Below, piece by piece: positions 6,994 through 13,286 of a stretch of 20,509 bases of DNA. The notes below the pieces were generated by a model, which did not search any database, was not told the origin of the DNA, and saw only the letters and a list, made by a program, of their open reading frames with translations. The translations under genes were made by a program, and so were the position numbers. How positions within the stretch are numbered: position 1 is the first letter of the stretch; each line of letters starts with the position of its first letter. Origin of the DNA: a virus (Duplodnaviria > Heunggongvirae > Uroviricota > Caudoviricetes); IMG/VR virus record IMGVR_UViG_3300045963_000248, positions 1-20,509 of that record; one strand, given 5' to 3'.

Positions 6994-7156
6994 TTTTGTC
7001 CTTTAGTATTGTTTTTGGAGTTATTAGAGGATTATTAAAGTAAACTCCTGCTTGTATAGCTATCAGTTGATCTATCGTAGCTGAGAATACATTTAAACGT
7101 TTCTCAGTATACTCTTGATCTATTGATCCGTCATCTTTAATGTAAACTAATTTCAT
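6983..7156 (-). CDS. N-terminal motif family protein, 57 aa (MKLVYIKDDGSIDQEYTEKRLNVFSATIDQLIAIQAGVYFNNPLITPKTILKDKNET)
   Basis: Manual translation, absent from ORF track; ATGA overlap with 7153..7416. Confidence 0.8.
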   Translation of the reverse strand: MKLVYIKDDGSIDQEYTEKRLNVFSATIDQLIAIQAGVYFNNPLITPKTILKDKNET

Positions 7157-7416
7157 TTTTGCCCCCGGAACAGCGGCTTCCCGCGAAACTGTTTAGGTAA
7201 GGTAGATTCTTTTTTAGGCTTAGGTGCTTCAGGGGCGGGGGAATCCGGTACGCTCTCGATTCCAAATGTTACTATTTTTTGATATTGAGACGCAGATACT
7301 ACAATAGTATTAGCTTTTTCATGAGGTACTGTATACCTATCTCCCCACTCGATCCAAAACCAACCCTTCCATGTTGGATCGATCTCACCATTGTCTTGAA
7401 AGTAATCTAACTTCAT
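7153..7416 (-). CDS. N-terminal motif family protein (MKLDYFQDNGEI) with Pro/Lys-rich tail
   Basis: 87 aa, GGGAG RBS, motif. Confidence 0.8.
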   Translation of the reverse strand: MKLDYFQDNGEIDPTWKGWFWIEWGDRYTVPHEKANTIVVSASQYQKIVTFGIESVPDSPAPEAPKPKKESTLPKQFRGKPLFRGQK

Positions 7417-7490
7417 AACTCTCCCAGCAGCAGGATGCTGCGTTACAATAGGCTAGCGACAGCGGAGGACTGCCTCGCGCCTGACGATTC

Positions 7491-7811
7491 TTAGAAGAAG
7501 TCTGCGCCTTCTTCAGAATCTAGTTGCTCGTTAATGTCGGTCAGCTTCACTGACCTACCTGAAGACAGTATTATGTTATTGTCTGAGATACTAGATACTG
7601 CATCGTTATCAATGCTAAGTGCTTTAGAAAAATTTTTCTTGAACACTTTATATTTTAGTGGGAGGTAGGTATCATATTGTGTAAGCAGCACTACATACCC
7701 GTCTTGAGATACGTAGGATACAATAAAGGACTCTGAGGTAGCTATATTAAATACTACCTTATACTGTCTTACTAAATACTTTACTAAGATTCTTTTAAAG
7801 AGGTTAAACAT
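7491..7811 (-). CDS. hypothetical protein
   Basis: 106 aa, GGAG RBS. Confidence 0.75.
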   Translation of the reverse strand: MFNLFKRILVKYLVRQYKVVFNIATSESFIVSYVSQDGYVVLLTQYDTYLPLKYKVFKKNFSKALSIDNDAVSSISDNNIILSSGRSVKLTDINEQLDSEEGADFF

Positions 7812-8035
7812 TTTCCACTCCTATTAATTACTCTGACTTTTCTTTTTTGTGTATTAGGTAATTCCCACCATTCTATGAACTGGGTTACAGGCATGTAAGT
7901 TATTCCCGAATCCGGCTGCCATAAAACAATATAAAAACCTCTATATGCTATAAATGACCCTTCAATACTTTTAATTACTACACAGTCGTCAGTAAATATT
8001 TTTCCCGTATCGTGATCAAAGAAATCTAATTGCAT
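7784..8035 (-). CDS. N-terminal motif family protein (MQLDFFDHDTGKI)
   Basis: GAGG RBS, ATG at 8035, motif with 1-aa insertion. Confidence 0.8.
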   Translation of the reverse strand: MQLDFFDHDTGKIFTDDCVVIKSIEGSFIAYRGFYIVLWQPDSGITYMPVTQFIEWWELPNTQKRKVRVINRSGKCLTSLKES

Positions 8036-8044
8036 AATCACCTC

Positions 8045-8079
8045 TTGACAACCTTACCACACTCTGGTATACTTGTCAA
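8045..8079. promoter_or_regulatory. overlapping divergent sigma70 promoters
   Basis: Plus: TTGACA(8045-8050)-N17-TATACT(8068-8073). Minus: TTGACA(8079-8074)-N17-TAAGGT(8056-8051), weaker -10. Confidence 0.7.
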
Positions 8080-8080
8080 C

Positions 8081-8287
8081 ATGGTTTTAGATTATTTTAA
8101 TGACTCCGGCGAAATTGTAAATAGTTTGATAATAGTTAAATCTCCTCTGAAGAACGGTTTACATCAAGTAAGAGTGTTTACAACAATGTCGTCGAGTCCC
8201 GCAGGACTTAGGTATTTTACTAAGGCTGACTTATCTTACTTTTCAAAACGAGGTTACACTATATTATATAGGATATTAAATGATTGA
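8081..8287 (+). CDS. N-terminal motif family protein (MVLDYFNDSGEI), probably leaderless
   Basis: Start re-assigned to ATG 8081; motif; ATG 7 nt after the -10 box. Confidence 0.75.
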   Translation: MVLDYFNDSGEIVNSLIIVKSPLKNGLHQVRVFTTMSSSPAGLRYFTKADLSYFSKRGYTILYRILND

Positions 8288-8573
8288 TAAACAATTCTGC
8301 ATTCACTGTACTGTAAAAAAAGATAAAATCTTTACCCGATACGTAGGTACTAAAAGAATCTACGCTGATGCTTCCGGTGCCGAGTGGTCAGGTTCCCGCT
8401 GTCCAGAATGCTATAAGAAATACAAATTGGAGTACGATGCAAAGCGTCGAAAAAAACTAGGTCATGATGCCATAGGTACTATTAGAATTTGCGAGGAATG
8501 CTCAGCTCAATTTAAAATTGTAAATGGCTCCACAAAATTGTGTTCAAACTGTCGCGGGAATTACAAGGATTAA
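8280..8573 (+). CDS. double zinc-ribbon protein
   Basis: CIHC, CPEC, CEEC and CSNC; basic linker; AGGA RBS, coupled to 8081..8287. Confidence 0.8.
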   Translation: MIDKQFCIHCTVKKDKIFTRYVGTKRIYADASGAEWSGSRCPECYKKYKLEYDAKRRKKLGHDAIGTIRICEECSAQFKIVNGSTKLCSNCRGNYKD

Positions 8574-8828
8574 TTTACCTTTATAGTAAATTTCTGAGAC
8601 AACTATAAATCTAAAAAAACTTGACATCTGCAATATATTTAAATATTCAGTTACAAAATTGTCAGCAGTATCCGAAAACATATCATGTCTTTTTTCTAAG
8701 TTAATTAAAGTAGAAGTTTCCCGAAGCAATCCTATTTTGAAATAGTGCGTATCGTTAGCGTCTTGATAAATTTTAATGTGGTACTTAGCTTTTTTAATAT
8801 CTCCATCGTCATCAAAAATAGTTAGCAT
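8544..8828 (-). CDS. N-terminal motif family protein (MLTIFDDDGDI)
   Basis: 94 aa; FDxDG motif. Confidence 0.75.
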   Translation of the reverse strand: MLTIFDDDGDIKKAKYHIKIYQDANDTHYFKIGLLRETSTLINLEKRHDMFSDTADNFVTEYLNILQMSSFFRFIVVSEIYYKGKLILVIPATV

Positions 8829-9148
8829 TTCATCGCCGTATTTATATAAAAATTTTTGTTTATATTTCTTTTTACCGCTGTGAGAATAAGACTGTCACAT
8901 TTTGCTACTAAAACTGCGTCTCCATTTTGAAGGTATATTAAATCTATTACAGTAAATACTTTTGAGATAATTCTACTGGCTGCAATTTGATTTCCTACCT
9001 TACGATTAGGGGGGTCTTTTGGATGTTTTACTGTGCAGCCAATAGTTAACTCAAAATCTTTTCCGATTTCAAAATTAATTTTACCGTCTAAATCGTCTAC
9101 GTCGTATGCTAAAGTAATTTCGTCTTCGTGAAAGTAAGCTATTTTCAT
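8822..9148 (-). CDS. phage hypothetical protein (weak motif MKIAYFHEDEI; GCTVKHPKD...KVGxxIA pattern)
   Basis: 108 aa, ATGA coupling. Confidence 0.75.
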   Translation of the reverse strand: MKIAYFHEDEITLAYDVDDLDGKINFEIGKDFELTIGCTVKHPKDPPNRKVGNQIAASRIISKVFTVIDLIYLQNGDAVLVAKCDSLILTAVKRNINKNFYINTAMKC

Positions 9149-9390
9149 ATTATAATATCCGCCAAATAATAAGTGTTATACATGCCATTTCCCCGCATTA
9201 AACCTTCCAAATCTTCTCTAATATTTTTTGTAGGTCGTACATTAAAAATTGCAAGCCTGTGCTCGAAAACATCTTCCCATTTTGTAGTCTTTTCTAAATC
9301 CCAAACGTACAGTAAAAATTCAGAACCGTGAGTTCGGTAAGCCCTAATGGCAATTTTAAATTCCCCATCAGGATTAAATATACTTAACAC
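9145..9390 (-). CDS. N-terminal motif family protein (MLSIFNPDGEF)
   Basis: 81 aa, GTG start coupled to the upstream stop; motif. Confidence 0.75.
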   Translation of the reverse strand: MLSIFNPDGEFKIAIRAYRTHGSEFLLYVWDLEKTTKWEDVFEHRLAIFNVRPTKNIREDLEGLMRGNGMYNTYYLADIII

Positions 9391-9575
9391 TATTCTAAAT
9401 CTAACTCTTGTATACTAATTACACTACTTCCGCAGCGGTATACTCCGTTTCCTAGAGAACGTAAATCTTGATTAAATTCTTGAAAAAGTCTCTTCTCGCA
9501 CTTTTCCCGAGTATCTGCTGCGATTACTGCTCGCGCTCCTACCATATCTTCTTCTATTACAATATACACTTTCAT
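9390..9575 (-). CDS. hypothetical protein (start re-assigned to MKVYIV, 61 aa)
   Basis: AGGAG RBS before ATG 9575. Confidence 0.75.
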   Translation of the reverse strand: MKVYIVIEEDMVGARAVIAADTREKCEKRLFQEFNQDLRSLGNGVYRCGSSVISIQELDLE

Positions 9576-9586
9576 TTTTACTCCTA

Positions 9587-9877
9587 CTAATCTGCTTCTA
9601 TATTTCTTTCTTCTGAACTTAAAATATCTGTGTCCCAAAATACTGTAATATGCTCTTCTGCTGGCATACTGCGAAAAGTTACAGTTTCTAAATAAAATCC
9701 GTTTGCGCGTAATTTACTTTTTAATTTTACCGCTGCTTTGCTTGGGTAAAAAAAAGATAAACTTCCGTTGCCGACCCCGGCTGCAATTGTAATTGCTAAA
9801 TCCACATCTGAAAATTTTGATAATCTGTCAGAGTGGGAGTTTTCCATTATCGCTAAGGCATGGTTTTTGGTAATCAT
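9587..9877 (-). CDS. hypothetical protein
   Basis: 96 aa, GGAGG RBS, ATGA coupling. Confidence 0.8.
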   Translation of the reverse strand: MITKNHALAIMENSHSDRLSKFSDVDLAITIAAGVGNGSLSFFYPSKAAVKLKSKLRANGFYLETVTFRSMPAEEHITVFWDTDILSSEERNIEAD

Positions 9878-10164
9878 CGTTTTGCCTCCAATAATTGCAA
9901 TGTGAGATTGTAACAGTGATTACAAATTAAGTCAACAGAAATCTGAGATTTTTTACATTTTGTACATTTACTGAATCTTGGTTTAATAGGTACTGCTAAG
10001 CCTAATTCCTGCATTCTCAGTATATCCTGATCGTCTGCCCAAGATCTGAGAGCATTATATTTTTTGAGCATTGCTCGACGAAATGGCGTGTCTGTAGCAT
10101 CTTCTTTTAGGAGCACTTCAATTTGCAACATAGTAATAATATCTTCGTCACTTAGTATACTCAT
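9874..10164 (-). CDS. hypothetical protein with C-terminal zinc ribbon (CTKC...CNHC)
   Basis: Two CxxC pairs. Confidence 0.75.
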   Translation of the reverse strand: MSILSDEDIITMLQIEVLLKEDATDTPFRRAMLKKYNALRSWADDQDILRMQELGLAVPIKPRFSKCTKCKKSQISVDLICNHCYNLTLQLLEAKR

Positions 10165-10387
10165 CTAGCTCCACTTCATCCCAGTTTATATTTCTGTACT
10201 CAGGTATAAGTTTAAAGTAATCTATAGCTTCCTGTAAAGTTATAGCTTCGGCGCAAGCTACGAGATGGTCCATAACATATAAATCATAAAAGTAAACATC
10301 TCTAATAATAGGACCTATATCCTGAACTATTGCAATTTTTACCGGAATTTTATAGTTACCTTCCGAATCGAAGCAGGGCATCCTCAT
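10148..10387 (-). CDS. N-terminal motif family protein, divergent (MRMPCFDSEGNY)
   Basis: 79 aa; FDxxG motif. Confidence 0.7.
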   Translation of the reverse strand: MRMPCFDSEGNYKIPVKIAIVQDIGPIIRDVYFYDLYVMDHLVACAEAITLQEAIDYFKLIPEYRNINWDEVELDEYTK

Positions 10388-10602
10388 ATTAACTTTAACC
10401 TATTTTCAATTTTTTGCAAGAAAAATCCGCAACAAAAGAAATTAAAATAATACGTGGTAACTAGCCCATTTCCCCGCTGTACAATATTTTTAGTTTTAGC
10501 AAATCGGAATACAGAAAGCAGCTCCCAGCCATTTTTATCTCGTGTAAACGGGGGGAAAACTTGTCCAAATAAAATCCATTTACCAAGTGATATCAACTTC
10601 AA
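10384..10602 (-). CDS. hypothetical protein
   Basis: 72 aa, coupled to both neighbours. Confidence 0.65.
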   Translation of the reverse strand: MKLISLGKWILFGQVFPPFTRDKNGWELLSVFRFAKTKNIVQRGNGLVTTYYFNFFCCGFFLQKIENRLKLI

Positions 10603-10846
10603 TTTTAGTTCCTTTTTTGTATTCTTTGAGTTGTTTTACCGCCATATCTAAACCGGCTACGTAAAAGTCAGCTCCTCTTTTATAATGTAAATACTCCATA
10701 GCTACGAAAGAATGTACTACTTCATTTCCACAAAAAAATCTAAAAATGTATTCATCTGTGTTACTCGATCGATAGCAGTATTCCCTTTTTATTTTATACA
10801 CTAAAGCTTTAAATTCGCCATCTTTATCAAAATAATCAAGCTTCAT
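10580..10846 (-). CDS. N-terminal motif family protein (MKLDYFDKDGEF)
   Basis: 88 aa; near-consensus motif. Confidence 0.8.
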   Translation of the reverse strand: MKLDYFDKDGEFKALVYKIKREYCYRSSNTDEYIFRFFCGNEVVHSFVAMEYLHYKRGADFYVAGLDMAVKQLKEYKKGTKIEVDITW

Positions 10847-11057
10847 CTTTTTCCATTCTCTGATTTAAAATAGCTGCTAAAGCTAATTCAAAAGCTTCCT
10901 GCTCTGTAGCGTCATTTTTTAAAGCTCTGCCAATTCCTATAAGATTTTTATATGTTTCAGTCTCGTCGTCAACTTCAATTTCGAAAGCTCCGTCCACTTC
11001 AGTAATCTTTAAATCGTCAGTGTCTATTCTTGTTTCAATTTCAATGTCGTTTTCCAT
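10836..11057 (-). CDS. small acidic protein
   Basis: 73 aa, 22 D/E versus 7 K/R by manual count; GGAG RBS. Confidence 0.8.
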   Translation of the reverse strand: MENDIEIETRIDTDDLKITEVDGAFEIEVDDETETYKNLIGIGRALKNDATEQEAFELALAAILNQRMEKDEA

Positions 11058-11058
11058 T

Positions 11059-11850
11059 TTAAATCTCCTCTAATTTTATTCCAGCAGCATATAGTCTGTT
11101 AGGATGCTCTGCGTGGTGATAATATATTTTCATTAATTCTTCTACGAAGTTTTCACCAAAAAGTTTACGCATTCTTTTTATGTATAAATTATACATCCAT
11201 TTGTACCCAAATCTATTCCGTAAACAATATAGTATCAGTAAATACAAAATTTTATTTGAAGTGCTTTGTGGAACTTTTTTAAAAGATTCCCAAGCTGACA
11301 TTAAAAAATTAGTAATAAAAAAATTAACTATAAAAAATGGTAAAAATAATAATTCAAAAAATTTATTATAGTTTGCAGTAGCTAAAAAGATACTCCAGTT
11401 TCCAGGATTCATTGGTAAACTAATTCTTGGGGAAACATTATTATAAATAAAAAAATGAAACATCCCGTGCTTTGCGATATCGTTTTTAATAATACTATAG
11501 ATATTAATTCTACTCTCCAAAGTTTTCCCAGGAAAGCATAGTATACCTAAATAATTATCTTGTGAATTTTCATTTCGAGTAGCGTATGGAATATTTTTTG
11601 AATCTCCTGCAGCTCTGTCGAAAACTCCAGACGTATCCGTTTTTAAATTTACAATATCTCGTAAAAATGTTTCGTAAGCGTAAGAGCTGCCTTCTCCCCG
11701 CATATCCAATAACATTAAAAATGTAGAATGAAAAAGTATTCCATTTTCTGAAGTCTGAGCTGTACCTACATTTCTATCAGGTTCCAGTTCGAATCCGCAA
11801 TTTGGATTATGCCAACGTGCGTAAACCTCTGCTAGGCTGGGTAAACTCAT
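11059..11850 (-). CDS. hypothetical protein with hydrophobic segment
   Basis: 263 aa open frame; no family recognised. Confidence 0.8.
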   Translation of the reverse strand: MSLPSLAEVYARWHNPNCGFELEPDRNVGTAQTSENGILFHSTFLMLLDMRGEGSSYAYETFLRDIVNLKTDTSGVFDRAAGDSKNIPYATRNENSQDNYLGILCFPGKTLESRINIYSIIKNDIAKHGMFHFFIYNNVSPRISLPMNPGNWSIFLATANYNKFFELLFLPFFIVNFFITNFLMSAWESFKKVPQSTSNKILYLLILYCLRNRFGYKWMYNLYIKRMRKLFGENFVEELMKIYYHHAEHPNRLYAAGIKLEEI

Positions 11851-12017
11851 AAAAGTAATTTTCCTGTAAAATAGCTAATAGCTAAAACAGCTCCAAAAAC
11901 AATAATAGTTCCCGGTAAACTAAGTTTTTGCGAAAGCTGATAACTTCCGTTTACTAAGCTAAATATAGCTGAAATGGCTAAAAATCCTAGTAAAATAGTT
12001 TTTGTAATTAAAAGCAT
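11847..12017 (-). CDS. small two-TM membrane protein, 56 aa (MLLITKTILLGFLAISAIFSLVNGSYQLSQKLSLPGTIIVFGAVLAISYFTGKLLL)
   Basis: Manual translation; AGGAG RBS; ATGA overlap with 11059..11850. Confidence 0.8.
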   Translation of the reverse strand: MLLITKTILLGFLAISAIFSLVNGSYQLSQKLSLPGTIIVFGAVLAISYFTGKLLL

Positions 12018-12095
12018 AAATTCTCCTATGTGAGGCGGGGATATAAGAATACACTTATGTTTCAGGAGCTACCTGTTTTTCCCCGCAACATTATC

Positions 12096-12299
12096 CTAAC
12101 ACACATATCGCAATAAGTAAAGCCCTTTTGTAGTCTGTAAATTAAAAACATCTCCATTTTTTGTAAAAGATTCTATTAGCAACTGAGAAGATTTATTATC
12201 TTTATAAAAAAAGAACAGCCTTCCCGCCTCCGGGTATGTTTTTGTATTAAAATACTGGATACGATTTTCGTAATCAACTAAAACAATAGTTCGTTCCAT
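12096..12299 (-). CDS. hypothetical protein (start re-assigned to MERTIV)
   Basis: The longer version overlaps the end of dut. Confidence 0.65.
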   Translation of the reverse strand: MERTIVLVDYENRIQYFNTKTYPEAGRLFFFYKDNKSSQLLIESFTKNGDVFNLQTTKGLYLLRYVC

Positions 12300-12321
12300 T
12301 TTAAATAGTTTTTTAAAAAAG

Positions 12322-12735
12322 TTAAGCACCTGTACTCCCGAATCCACCGCGATCCCCGCCTACATCATCTATTTTTTCAAGTTCAATTTTAGGTCTAGGA
12401 ATAATTATCATCTGACCAATACGATCGCCTACTTGGTAGCCGGGAGTATTTTTCAGTATCCTGAATTTAAACTTTATAGTTCCAGAATAGCCGGGATCGA
12501 TTACTCCTACAGAATTGCTAAGAGATAAACTTTTATTTGAGATGCTGCTCCGGGGGAAAATTAACCCTACGTATCCGTCTGGTATAGCTATTTTAACTCC
12601 GGTTTCGTATTCCACTAAATCACTGTTAAAATTCACAGCGAATTCTGCAGCGTATAAATCGAATGCAGCGTCTGATTCGTTTGCGTAAGTGGGAGTCTTT
12701 GCATTTTCGTGATGTAAACTAAATTGTATTTTCAT
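12322..12735 (-). CDS. dut: trimeric dUTPase
   Basis: Motifs AAFDL, PRSS, GVIDPGYSG, GDRIGQMII, RGGFGSTG. Confidence 0.95.
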   Translation of the reverse strand: MKIQFSLHHENAKTPTYANESDAAFDLYAAEFAVNFNSDLVEYETGVKIAIPDGYVGLIFPRSSISNKSLSLSNSVGVIDPGYSGTIKFKFRILKNTPGYQVGDRIGQMIIIPRPKIELEKIDDVGGDRGGFGSTGA

Positions 12736-13286
12736 AATTGGAATCCTTCTATTACTTTTTTATAATGCTTAGCATATAATTCACGCTGGCGATCAACTAC
12801 ATCATAACACATTTGTATAAATTCAACAACCGATAATTCACCTCGAGCATGGTTTATTCTCCAAGTTACTAGTTGAATATTATCTTTAGAGTAGCCTTTT
12901 AAATTATCAATTCTGTCTAAACTTGGGCGATCCCATTTAGATTCTATATCAAAAGTAACTCCGCTTAGAATACATTTTCCATTTTGATCTTCAAATAATT
13001 TTTGAATATCCAATTCTGTTAAAATTTCATCAGATTTTTCTTTTCTGCAATTTGCTTTTCCTGCTAAGTACTTTTGCCATTTCTTTTTTCTATACTTTCT
13101 AGAATTATTTTCCAAACAAACAGCGCACGAGTAATAATTAGATCTATTTCTTTTTTCCACTACTAATCTTTTAGTTGTTACTCTATTACACTTAATACAA
13201 AAATCACTTATTTTAGTTGGCTCCGGGCAATTCGCAGATCCCTCCGGCGCAAGCGAGTTGTTCAATTCTTTCGGTCTTGTCTTCAT
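12732..13286 (-). CDS. HNH-type (His-Me finger) free-standing endonuclease
   Basis: N-terminal CIKC/CAVC Zn finger; FEDQNGKCILSG, SLDRIDN-KGYSKDN-QLV...N pattern. Confidence 0.75.
   Translation of the reverse strand: MKTRPKELNNSLAPEGSANCPEPTKISDFCIKCNRVTTKRLVVEKRNRSNYYSCAVCLENNSRKYRKKKWQKYLAGKANCRKEKSDEILTELDIQKLFEDQNGKCILSGVTFDIESKWDRPSLDRIDNLKGYSKDNIQLVTWRINHARGELSVVEFIQMCYDVVDRQRELYAKHYKKVIEGFQL

Noticed and set aside
10454-10651. Plus-strand 65-aa ORF
   Set aside because: Antisense to two coupled minus-strand genes
6570-10846. CRISPR-like or DNA-level repeat array explaining the shared N-termini
   Set aside because: Nucleotide copies differ at many synonymous positions, spacing is irregular (gene-length) and both orientations occur
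11180-11371. Plus-strand 63-aa ORF
   Set aside because: Antisense inside 11059..11850; AT-rich artefact
12035-12086. Hammerhead ribozyme
   Set aside because: Three-way junction present, but no CUGAUGA core and no correct stem III/NUH geometry on either strand
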